This document shows positions 30,237 through 37,999 of a DNA stretch of 64,000 nt, one piece after another (positions within the stretch are counted from its first letter, which is position 1; every line of letters starts with the position of its first letter). Below the pieces are notes generated by a model. That model did no database searches and had not been told where the DNA came from. It worked only from the letters and a program-made list of their open reading frames with translations. A program made the position numbers and the translations under genes. This DNA comes from Bacteroidota bacterium (lineage in GTDB: Bacteria > Bacteroidota > Bacteroidia > Cytophagales > Cyclobacteriaceae): positions 14,194-78,193 of the forward strand of contig JAFDYU010000006.1 in the NCBI GenBank assembly GCA_018267285.1, in the 5' to 3' direction.

Positions 30237-31481
30237 GTGAACCAACTATTACGTTTTACTACTGCAGGAAGTGTTGACGATGGCAAAAGCACATTGATCG
30301 GTCGGTTGCTGTACGATAGCAAATCTATTTTCGAAGACCAGCTTGAGGCCATCCAAAATTCAAGTTCGAAAAAAGGATTTGATTATGTCGACCTTTCGCT
30401 CTTAACCGATGGCCTAAAATCGGAACGCGAGCAGGGCATCACCATCGATGTTGCCTATCGGTATTTTGCTACACCCAAAAGAAAATTTGTTATAGCCGAT
30501 ACGCCCGGCCACATACAATACACCCGCAACATGGTAACGGGCGCATCTACGGCAAACCTTGCCTTGATTTTGATCGATGCCCGCAAAGGTTTGGTAGAGC
30601 AAACCTATCGACATTCGTTCATCGCATCGTTGCTAAAAATCCCGCACATCATTGTTTGTGTGAACAAAATGGACCTGGTTGATTTCAAACAGGAGGTCTA
30701 CGATAAAATCACGGAAGAGTATCGGGCATTTTCATCAAAGCTTGAGGTGCACGACATTCAATTTGTGCCGATCAGCGCACTTACAGGCGATAACGTGGTG
30801 AACCGTTCGGAAAAAATGAGTTGGTACCAAGGAGCGGCTTTGTTGTATATGCTCGAAACGGTGCACATCGAGAGCGATCAAAACCATATCGATAGCAGGT
30901 TTCCGGTGCAGTACGTGGTTAGGCCACAGTCAAAAGAAAATCATGATTTCCGCGGGTATGCCGGCCGTGTGGCCGGAGGAATTTTCAGAGCAGGCGATGA
31001 AGTGATTTCATTTCCTTCAGGATTTAAGTCGCGAGTAAAAGAGATCTTTTCCGGATCCGAAAAACTGAAAGAAGCTTTTGCGCCCATGTCGGTTACCATG
31101 ACACTGGAAGACGATATAGATGTTAGTCGGGGCGATGTGATCGCTAAGCCAAACAATCACCCTCAAACCGAACAAGATATTGATCTGATGATTTGCTGGA
31201 TGAACCAAAAACCTGTGAAGCCCGGAGAAAAATTTTTTATACGGCATACCACACGCGAAGTGAAAGGGATACTCAAAGAAATTCAGTATAAAATGGACAT
31301 CAACAGTTTGCAGCGCATAGAAAATGCAGATCAACTGGTGATGAACGACATTGCGCGAGTTAGAATCCGCACAGCTCAGCCCTTGTTTTTCGACAGCTAT
31401 CGAAAAAATAGAATCACAGGCAGCCTTATTATGATTGAAGAAGGAACGAACGAAACCGTAGGTGCTGGAATGATTATTTAA
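30237..31481 (+). CDS. cysN: Sulfate adenylyltransferase subunit 1 (GTPase), no fused APS-kinase domain
   Basis: 414 aa. G1 GSVDDGKSTLIGRL, DTPGH and NKMD motifs. GTG start. Confidence 0.9.
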   Translation: MNQLLRFTTAGSVDDGKSTLIGRLLYDSKSIFEDQLEAIQNSSSKKGFDYVDLSLLTDGLKSEREQGITIDVAYRYFATPKRKFVIADTPGHIQYTRNMVTGASTANLALILIDARKGLVEQTYRHSFIASLLKIPHIIVCVNKMDLVDFKQEVYDKITEEYRAFSSKLEVHDIQFVPISALTGDNVVNRSEKMSWYQGAALLYMLETVHIESDQNHIDSRFPVQYVVRPQSKENHDFRGYAGRVAGGIFRAGDEVISFPSGFKSRVKEIFSGSEKLKEAFAPMSVTMTLEDDIDVSRGDVIAKPNNHPQTEQDIDLMICWMNQKPVKPGEKFFIRHTTREVKGILKEIQYKMDINSLQRIENADQLVMNDIARVRIRTAQPLFFDSYRKNRITGSLIMIEEGTNETVGAGMII

Positions 31482-31633
31482 TTTTTTATTTTATGGTAGT
31501 CATTCTCGATTATGGTGTTGGCAATTTAGCTTCCATAAATAATATGCTCAAGCGGATAGGGGTGGAGGCTGTTGTTTCAGCACAAGGTGAAGTGATGCAA
31601 CAAGCTTCGCATATTATTTTGCCCGGAGTAGGC
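31376..31633 (+). repeat. Direct repeat copy 1 (cysN 3' end + spacer + first 47 codons of hisH)
   Basis: By-eye alignment with 32502-32758 gives about 94% identity, with roughly 15 substitutions or small indels. Weaker similarity extends about 15 nt further left. Confidence 0.9.
31493..31633 (+). pseudogene. Truncated 5' fragment of hisH-like amidotransferase gene
   Basis: MVVILDYGVGNLASINNMLKRIGVEAVVSAQGEVMQQASHIILPGVG matches the N-terminus of the intact gene at 32618 (4 aa differences). Similarity ends abruptly at 31633, and the ORF then runs into unrelated sequence until 31771. Confidence 0.85.
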
Positions 31634-31755
31634 CACTTCTTTATCAAAATGAAAGTAAAGAAGGGGTGCGGCTATGAACTAGTAGGCGAAATTAAACAAA
31701 AGATATTTTCGGTTCTCACTCTTAAGGCATTTGTTGAGTTGGATTCAAATGCAAA

Positions 31756-31784
31756 TTTGTATCTTTGTTGATAAGTTAAATTTG
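31756..31784 (+). promoter_or_regulatory. Candidate Bacteroidetes sigma-A promoter for the TA pair
   Basis: TTTG (31756-31759), a 17-nt spacer, then TAAATTTG (31777-31784), an exact match to the TAnnTTTG -7 consensus. The antitoxin ATG lies 10 nt downstream. Confidence 0.4.
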
Positions 31785-31793
31785 AAAAATGAT

Positions 31794-31994
31794 ATGAGGA
31801 CAGCCATAGTTGCCATCAAGAATAAAAGTGAAGAAACTTTTTTAAAGACATTTTTTAAGAAAGCCGGTATTCGTGCCCGTATCATGAAACAATTTGAAAT
31901 TGAAGATGCCATTTTTGCGGCCTTAATTGATGAAGGCATGAAGACTGAAACCGTTTCCGAAAAATCAGTATTGAAGGCCCTGCATACAAAATGA
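31794..31994 (+). CDS. Putative antitoxin of the RelE/ParE-type module
   Basis: 66 aa (MRTAIVAIKNKSEETFLKTFFKKAGIRARIM…). Small and acidic, with its stop overlapping the toxin start (ATGA). The call is based on position and size. Confidence 0.5.
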   Translation: MRTAIVAIKNKSEETFLKTFFKKAGIRARIMKQFEIEDAIFAALIDEGMKTETVSEKSVLKALHTK

Positions 31995-32260
31995 TAGTTG
32001 CCTATAAGGGAGCTTTCAGAAGGGATGCATCGAAAATTAGCGACCGTCTGATAAAAAAATCGATAAGCTCAATTATTGTGCAGGTTAAAGAAGCTTCAGG
32101 CATTTCCAATATTCATCGACTAGTAAAACTTCGCAAGTACAAGGTTCACTACAGAATTGAAATTGAAAATAACTACCGCGTTGGGTTAATTATCAGGAAT
32201 AATAAGGTTTGGTTTGTGAGGGTGCTACATAGAAGTAAAATTTATAAAAAATTTCCTTGA
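31991..32260 (+). CDS. RelE/ParE-family type II toxin (mRNA interferase-like)
   Basis: 89 aa with the pattern F.RD..K…(helical)…KL…YRI.I..NYRVGLII..NKVWFVRVLHRSKIYKKF, typical of ParE_toxin/RelE-StbE proteins. Confidence 0.7.
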   Translation: MIVAYKGAFRRDASKISDRLIKKSISSIIVQVKEASGISNIHRLVKLRKYKVHYRIEIENNYRVGLIIRNNKVWFVRVLHRSKIYKKFP

Positions 32261-32501
32261 TTAAGATGGAACATAGAGGAGAGCGTAGGGAATTAGATGT
32301 TGATTCTCTCGTTGACTGAACCATTATTTTTTTAAAAATTTGCAATTTCCATTTTCAAATTTTAAGTAAGCATGCCTCCAGTTATACAGGTAACTAACAG
32401 TCTAAAAAAATTATTATCTCTTACGAAAAGAGAGAACGCTGTACCTCCCTACGCGATGTGGTGGTCAGGTGTTTTAAAAAGATATTTAGGATACGCACGG
32501 C

Positions 32502-32608
32502 ACAGCCCTTGTTTTTTCGACAGCTATCGAAAAAACAGAATCACAGGCAGCCTTATTTTGATTGAAGAAGGAACGAACGAAACCGTAGGTGCCGGGATGA
32601 TTATTTAA
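32502..32608 (+). pseudogene. 3'-terminal remnant of cysN
   Basis: Encodes …FFDSYRKNRITGSLILIEEGTNETVGAGMII*, nearly identical to the last 31 aa of the intact CysN. Nothing upstream of it resembles cysN. Confidence 0.85.
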
Positions 32609-32758
32609 TTTGTTATCATGGTAGTCATTCTCGATTATGGTGTTGGCAATTTAGCTTCCATAAAAAATATGCTGAAGCGGATAGGGGTGGAGGCCGTTGT
32701 TTCGGCAGAAGATGAAGTGATGCAACAAGCTTCGCATATTATTTTGCCCGGAGTAGGC
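32502..32758 (+). repeat. Direct repeat copy 2 (cysN 3' remnant + spacer + start of intact hisH)
   Basis: See copy 1. Confidence 0.9.
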
Positions 32759-33238
32759 GCTTTTGATACGTGCGCCACTCAACTTCACAATTCGGGATTG
32801 ATCAACTCGCTCACGAAAAAAGCTTTAGCTGATAAAACTCCTGTGCTTGGAGTATGCGTAGGTATGCAGTTGTTGCTCGAAGGAAGCGATGAAGGCAAAC
32901 AGCCGGGGTTGGGTTGGATAAAAGGACGTAACGTAAAATTCGACAGTAAAAAATTAACTAACGGTTTGAAAATACCGCACATGGGCTGGACCGATGTGCA
33001 CCCGGCTAAAGCTTCCGGTATTATGGAAGGGTTAGACAACGGTTCACGATTTTACTTTGTTCATTCCTACCACGCACAGCTTACCAACCCTACGGATGCT
33101 TTGATTTGGGCAGACTATGGATATGAATTTGCAGCAGGTGTGGGGCGTGATAATGTCATTGGCGTGCAGTTTCATCCGGAAAAGAGCCATAAATTTGGAA
33201 TGCAGTTGTTGGGGAATTTTGTAAAGAATTACACATGA
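32618..33238 (+). CDS. HisH-like glutamine amidotransferase (WbuY-type, polysaccharide-associated)
   Basis: 206 aa class-I GATase with nucleophile context VLGVCVGMQLL and C-terminal GVQFHPEKS. Located inside the polysaccharide locus. Confidence 0.8.
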   Translation: MVVILDYGVGNLASIKNMLKRIGVEAVVSAEDEVMQQASHIILPGVGAFDTCATQLHNSGLINSLTKKALADKTPVLGVCVGMQLLLEGSDEGKQPGLGWIKGRNVKFDSKKLTNGLKIPHMGWTDVHPAKASGIMEGLDNGSRFYFVHSYHAQLTNPTDALIWADYGYEFAAGVGRDNVIGVQFHPEKSHKFGMQLLGNFVKNYT

Positions 33239-33993
33239 AAAGAATACGGGTAATCCCTAGTTTGCTCATTCAAAACGGTGGCTTGGTTAAATCCATCAAA
33301 TTTAAAGACCACAAATACGTAGGCGATCCGATCAATGCCGTAAAGATTTTTAATGAAAAGGGCGTTGACGAGATCGTGATGCTCGACCGAACAGCATCTG
33401 CTTCGGGCCCTAACTTTGAAGCGATTGAAGATTTTGCGAGCGAAGCCTTTATGCCACTCGGCTATGGCGGTGGAGTTTCTTCCGTAGAACAAATAAAAAA
33501 ACTTATTTCCATTGGCGTGGAAAAAGTTATTCTAAACACAAACGCTTACAAAAATCCAAAACTAATTTCCGAGGGTGCCTCGTACGTGGGCAGCCAGAGT
33601 ATTGTAGTTTCTGTCGATGTAAAAAAAGACTGGCTCGGCAGGTACAAAGTTTTTATCGAAAATGGAGCGAAAAATACCGGCTTCGATCCTATAGATTATG
33701 TAAGTAAAATAGAAGAAGCCGGGGCAGGTGAAATTTTGTTAAACTCCATCGATCGCGATGGCACGTTTGCCGGTTACGATTTAAATTTGGTAGATATGAT
33801 TTGTTCATCGGTGAGTATTCCGGTAGTTGTGGCGGGCGGAGCCGGCTCGGTTGCCGACTTTAAAGAAGCGGTGCGCCACGGGGCATCGGCAGTGGCTGCA
33901 GGAAGTTTGTTTGTATTTCAGCGCCCGCATCGGGCGGTACTGATCAGCTACCCTTCTGAAACAGAGTTGAAAGAAAAGGTGTATTTAGAATAG
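33235..33993 (+). CDS. HisF2/AglZ/WbuZ-like cyclase subunit (acetamidino-sugar modification type)
   Basis: 252 aa. RVIPSLLIQNGGLVKSIKFKDHKYVGDPINAVKIFNEKGVDEIVMLD matches the HisF2-type signature rather than housekeeping HisF (RIIPCLDV…). ATGA overlap with the hisH-like gene. Confidence 0.75.
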   Translation: MKRIRVIPSLLIQNGGLVKSIKFKDHKYVGDPINAVKIFNEKGVDEIVMLDRTASASGPNFEAIEDFASEAFMPLGYGGGVSSVEQIKKLISIGVEKVILNTNAYKNPKLISEGASYVGSQSIVVSVDVKKDWLGRYKVFIENGAKNTGFDPIDYVSKIEEAGAGEILLNSIDRDGTFAGYDLNLVDMICSSVSIPVVVAGGAGSVADFKEAVRHGASAVAAGSLFVFQRPHRAVLISYPSETELKEKVYLE

Positions 33994-34077
33994 AATGAAT
34001 GTAATGAGAAATATTAATGACTTATTTTTGGCCATTATTTTTAAAGGTTAAAAACAGGAATAGCTGAAATTTAAGAA

Positions 34078-34899
34078 ATGCAATCAACTAGAATAATCAT
34101 AGAACCGGGTAGATCCGAAAAAAATTATTGGAGAGATCTATGGCTGTTTCGGGAGTTATTTTATATTCTTTCTTGGCGCGATATTAAAGTGAGGTACAAG
34201 CAGACCGTAATCGGTGCAGCCTGGAGTATCATTCGCCCGTTACTTACCACCATTATATTTACCATTGTGTTTAGCCGTGTAGCAAAGCTGGGTTCTGTAA
34301 GTGGAGCACCTTATTCCATTCTTGTTTTTGCGGGGATGCTGCCGTGGCAATTTTTTGCCAATTCATTGAGCGAGGCAAGTAACAGTTTGATAGGCAATGC
34401 TAATCTTGTTTCAAAGGTCTATTTTCCTAGAATGATTATTCCGGCCAGCTCCATTATCACCAGCTTTGTTGACTTTGCTATATCTTTCCTTATTTTATTA
34501 GGCATGATGGTATTTTACCAATACATGCCCAGTACAAAAATAGTTTTGCTCCCTATATTTATTTTACTTGCCTTTATTGCGGCCTTTGGTATTGGGCTAT
34601 ATATCACGGCACTGAACGTAAAGTACCGGGATTTCCGATACATAATACCTTTTATTGTTCAGATCGGATTATATATTACCCCGGTAGGCTTCAGCAGCAC
34701 CGTGGTTCCAGAAAAGTGGAGATTCTGGTATTCTCTAAATCCGATGGTGGGCGTAGTGGATGGATTTAGGTGGTGCATTATTAGTGAACCGTTGTATTGG
34801 CCGAGCCTGGTTACCTCTTTTTCGATGACTTTGCTTTTCTTGGTGATTGGTATTTTTTATTTCCGTAGAACGGAACGGAGTTTTGCGGACAATATTTGA
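34078..34899 (+). CDS. wzm: ABC-2 type polysaccharide export permease
   Basis: 273 aa with six TM helices. The N-terminal motif …LWLFRELFYILSWRDIKVRYKQTVIGAAWSIIRP is diagnostic of Wzm/TagG/KpsM permeases. Confidence 0.88.
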   Translation: MQSTRIIIEPGRSEKNYWRDLWLFRELFYILSWRDIKVRYKQTVIGAAWSIIRPLLTTIIFTIVFSRVAKLGSVSGAPYSILVFAGMLPWQFFANSLSEASNSLIGNANLVSKVYFPRMIIPASSIITSFVDFAISFLILLGMMVFYQYMPSTKIVLLPIFILLAFIAAFGIGLYITALNVKYRDFRYIIPFIVQIGLYITPVGFSSTVVPEKWRFWYSLNPMVGVVDGFRWCIISEPLYWPSLVTSFSMTLLFLVIGIFYFRRTERSFADNI

Positions 34900-34902
34900 G
34901 CT

Positions 34903-36186
34903 ATGAGCGAACCGGTTATAAAAGTTGAAAATCTATCTAAGCGCTTTGTTATCTCTCACGAAAAACAAGAGCGTTACACCTCTCTGCGCGATGTGGTGGC
35001 AAGACGTGCTAAAAAGATATTTTCCTTTCCTGCGCAGCCAACTACTAACATACCCGCAAAAGAAGATTTCTGGGCGCTGAAAGACATCAATTTTGAAATT
35101 AATAAGGGCGACCGTGTAGGCATTATTGGAAGAAACGGAGCCGGCAAGAGCACCTTACTGAAAATATTGAGCCGAATCACTGAGCCGACTAAAGGGCGCG
35201 TTACAATAGATGGCCGTGTAGCCTCTTTACTCGAAGTAGGCACAGGCTTTCATCCTGAGCTCACAGGTAGAGAAAACATTTTTTTAAATGGAGCGATCCT
35301 GGGCATGAGCCGCGCAGAGATCAGAAGTAAGTTTGACGAGATTGTGGCTTTTGCCGAAATTGAAAAATTTTTGGATACTCCTGTGAAACATTACAGTAGC
35401 GGCATGTACGTGCGCTTAGCTTTTGCCGTAGCAGCACATCTTGAACCCGAGATTCTGATCGTAGACGAGGTGCTAGCCGTGGGCGATGCACAGTTTCAAA
35501 AGAAGTGTTTAGGCAAAATGGAGGAGGTTAGCAAGAATGAAGGACGTACCATTCTCTTTGTTAGCCATAACATGAATGTCATTAGTGCTCTTTGTTCGAA
35601 TGCAATTCTTCTTAGTGGAGGAAGAGTTATTGAATCAGGAAGATCGATTGATGTGATGAATAGTTATGTGCTTGGTAGCGGTGGGAAAAGTTCCGAGCGA
35701 GAATGGGTTGGAAAGATGAGGCCAGGCAATAATATTATTAAATTGAATAGTGTTCGCATGATTGATGCGTCCAGATATTCGAAGGATACTTTCTCAATTA
35801 ACGAGGAAATTGGAATTGAAATGAACTATGAGGTCCTTGAAGATAATAATGTATTGTGGTTAGGACACAATTTGTACAATTCTGAGGGAGTAAATGTTTT
35901 TGATACACACAGCGTAAGCACTGACTTGTACGTGAAGCCTCACAAAAAGGGTAAGTATTCTTCCGTTGCTTGGATACCCGCGAACTTATTACCTGAAGGA
36001 ACATTCATTATAGGCAGTGGTGTATTTAATCATTCTGAGCATAGGATTCACTTTCATGAAAGAGATATTGTGGTTTTTAGTATTGTAGACACATATGATG
36101 GAAAAAGTGCGAGAGGATTAACCACAAGTCATTTTAGCGGAGTTGTGCGCCCATTACTTAGGTGGAATATAAATGCGAAAAAGTAA
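34903..36186 (+). CDS. wzt: Polysaccharide export ABC ATPase with C-terminal substrate-binding (Wzt_C-like) domain
   Basis: Walker A GRNGAGKSTLLK, signature YSSGMYVRLAFA and Walker B ILIVDEVLAVGD. An extra roughly 170-aa beta-rich C-terminal domain is present. Confidence 0.88.
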   Translation: MSEPVIKVENLSKRFVISHEKQERYTSLRDVVARRAKKIFSFPAQPTTNIPAKEDFWALKDINFEINKGDRVGIIGRNGAGKSTLLKILSRITEPTKGRVTIDGRVASLLEVGTGFHPELTGRENIFLNGAILGMSRAEIRSKFDEIVAFAEIEKFLDTPVKHYSSGMYVRLAFAVAAHLEPEILIVDEVLAVGDAQFQKKCLGKMEEVSKNEGRTILFVSHNMNVISALCSNAILLSGGRVIESGRSIDVMNSYVLGSGGKSSEREWVGKMRPGNNIIKLNSVRMIDASRYSKDTFSINEEIGIEMNYEVLEDNNVLWLGHNLYNSEGVNVFDTHSVSTDLYVKPHKKGKYSSVAWIPANLLPEGTFIIGSGVFNHSEHRIHFHERDIVVFSIVDTYDGKSARGLTTSHFSGVVRPLLRWNINAKK

Positions 36187-36189
36187 AAA

Positions 36190-36993
36190 ATGAAAAACTG
36201 GACAGGAGAAAGATTGGAAACGTTTGTTTTTTCTGAAACTACATTTGAACACCTTCATCGCTATGCCTTAGCTATTCAACTAGCAGTAGGCAAGGTGGTC
36301 TTAGACATTGCATCAGGGGAAGGTTATGGTTCTAACCTGTTGAGCGATGTGGCTTCTAATGTTATTGGTGTAGATGTGTCGGAAGAGGTTATAGAAAATG
36401 CAAAGAAGAAATATAGGAAAGCCAACCTCGATTTTGTTGTAGGTTCGGCCGATCACATACCAATACCTGATAAAAGCATAGATGTCGTAGTTAGCTTTGA
36501 AACAATTGAGCATCACGACAAGCATGATGAAATGCTTTTCGAAATAAAAAGAGTTCTTAAGGATAAAGGGTTGATGATTATGTCTTCGCCTAATAAGCTT
36601 AATTACACTGATAGGTCGGCTTACAAAAATCCATTTCATGTTCAAGAATTGTATGAAAACGAATTCAAGGCCTTGATTAATAAAAATTTTCGAATGGCAA
36701 CATTTTTGCACCAGCAAACTTTCTATGGATCGTTAATTTTTGCCGAAGGAAGGAGCGAATTTTTTGTTGAGTATAAAGGAAATTATGACGCTATAACGCG
36801 TCAAGAAGGTTTTACAAGCTACTACATAATAGCAATTGCCTCTGATTTGGCTTTGCCTGATGTAGGTTCAAGCTTATTCAAAGATTCGTTTGCCATTAAG
36901 GCTCTAATTGATGGGATTAAGAAATCACGCAGTTTTAGATTGGGTTATTTATTGCTAACTCCATTGAGATCTCTCAGAAAAATTTTGAAGTAG
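36190..36993 (+). CDS. Class I SAM-dependent methyltransferase
   Basis: VLDIASGEGYGSNLL (motif I), IGVDVS and VVVSFETIEH. Confidence 0.8.
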   Translation: MKNWTGERLETFVFSETTFEHLHRYALAIQLAVGKVVLDIASGEGYGSNLLSDVASNVIGVDVSEEVIENAKKKYRKANLDFVVGSADHIPIPDKSIDVVVSFETIEHHDKHDEMLFEIKRVLKDKGLMIMSSPNKLNYTDRSAYKNPFHVQELYENEFKALINKNFRMATFLHQQTFYGSLIFAEGRSEFFVEYKGNYDAITRQEGFTSYYIIAIASDLALPDVGSSLFKDSFAIKALIDGIKKSRSFRLGYLLLTPLRSLRKILK

Positions 36994-37075
36994 ATAGAGA
37001 CCTAGTTTAAATATTGATTGTAGCTTACGTGAAGAATTGGTAACGCAGTTACCATAACACCTTAATTTTAAAAGA

Positions 37076-37999
37076 TTGATTACCATAGGACGCCCACTTA
37101 TTTCAATATTGATGGTTTCCTATAATTCCGAGCGATTTATTGGAGAGGCGATAATGAGTGCTTTGAATCAAACTTATTTTGATTTTGAATTGATTATTGT
37201 AGATGATAATTCAAAAGATAACACTTGGCAAATAATTGATTCATACACTGATGGACGAATTAAAAGGTATAGAAATGAAGTGAATATTGGAGAGTATGCC
37301 AATCGAAATAAAGCAATCAGTTTGGCACGGGGTGAATACCTAATTTTTATTGATGCTGATGATGTAGTTTACTCGAACGGACTGGAGTTTATGATGCAAT
37401 TTGTTGCGAACTATTCAGACTGTGCCATGATTATAGCACGGCCATGGCATGAAAAGATAATTTATCCAAAGCGGATAACTCCGCACCAGTTTTATTCATT
37501 TGAATATCTGGGTAGGGGGATATGCGGAATTAATTTTACGAAAGTCTTATTCAAAACATCAGCCCTTCAGAAAGATATTCCATTTACGTTTAATGTTAAA
37601 CTCGGAGATTATTATATACAACTTAAACTCGCACGTAATTATAATAGTGTAATCATTCCAGACGCAGCAACTTGGTGGAGAAGGAATAATGGTCAAGCTT
37701 CTGAAAAACTTTTGAAAGATGCCGCTCTTTATACAATGCACTGTCTTTGGATTCAATTAGAAATGTTGAAGCATGAAAAATGCCCCTTTACTCAAATTGA
37801 GATTGAAGCAGCACTTACTAATTTGTATTCAGGTTTTTTAAGGATATTGATTAAGCAGATGATGCGATTAAGAATCAGTGTTGCGTGGAAATTGATAATG
37901 CAATATCCTGTACCAGTTAAATATTGGTTTTCTATTTTAAAGAAAGTGAAACGAAACTATCCGGAAAATTATTCAGGCTCTAATCCAATGCATGATTGA
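37076..37999 (+). CDS. Glycosyltransferase family 2
   Basis: ISILMVSYNSERFIGEAIMSALNQT…ELIIVDDNSKDNT…FIDADD (DxD). TTG start. Confidence 0.85.
   Translation: MITIGRPLISILMVSYNSERFIGEAIMSALNQTYFDFELIIVDDNSKDNTWQIIDSYTDGRIKRYRNEVNIGEYANRNKAISLARGEYLIFIDADDVVYSNGLEFMMQFVANYSDCAMIIARPWHEKIIYPKRITPHQFYSFEYLGRGICGINFTKVLFKTSALQKDIPFTFNVKLGDYYIQLKLARNYNSVIIPDAATWWRRNNGQASEKLLKDAALYTMHCLWIQLEMLKHEKCPFTQIEIEAALTNLYSGFLRILIKQMMRLRISVAWKLIMQYPVPVKYWFSILKKVKRNYPENYSGSNPMHD

Larger units (their letters stand above)
31634..32501 (+). mobile_element. Roughly 0.87-kb inserted cassette carrying a type II toxin-antitoxin pair, bounded by the 257-bp direct repeats
   Basis: Unique sequence lying between two copies of the cysN/hisH junction. 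It contains its own promoter-like motif and two overlapping small genes. No recombinase gene is present. Confidence 0.55.

Noticed and set aside
32372-32608. 78-aa ORF ending in …GSLILIEEGTNETVGAGMII
   Set aside because: Only its last ~31 codons are meaningful, and they are the duplicated cysN tail. The N-terminal part is unrelated read-in from the inserted cassette. It is reported as a cysN remnant, not a gene.
31376-32758. Possibility that the duplicated cysN/hisH junction is an assembly artefact or a recent tandem duplication
   Set aside because: The two copies differ at roughly 15 positions, including indels, and are separated by unique sequence with its own genes. A collapsed or duplicated assembly error or a fresh duplication would give identical copies. 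Long-read confirmation is still advisable.
32618-33993. Calling these the housekeeping hisH/hisF of histidine biosynthesis
   Set aside because: No other his genes are adjacent and the pair is embedded in a glycan operon. The HisF-like N-terminus (RVIPSLLIQNGGLVKS…YVGDPINAVK) follows the HisF2/WbuZ-type pattern rather than RIIPCLDV…
34023-34030. TATTTTTG motifs upstream of wzm (and again at 38673-38680 upstream of the second methyltransferase) as internal promoters
   Set aside because: They are exact -7 matches, but no TTTG -33 element lies at the expected 17-21-nt spacing. The motif is expected by chance in AT-rich spacers. They are not reported as features.
37038-37054. Perfect 7-bp inverted repeat TGGTAAC-GCA-GTTACCA in the methyltransferase-GT2 spacer, considered as a terminator
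   Set aside because: The stem is short with a 3-nt loop and no downstream T-run, and the operon clearly continues. It might be a protein-binding palindrome, but there is no second copy or other support.
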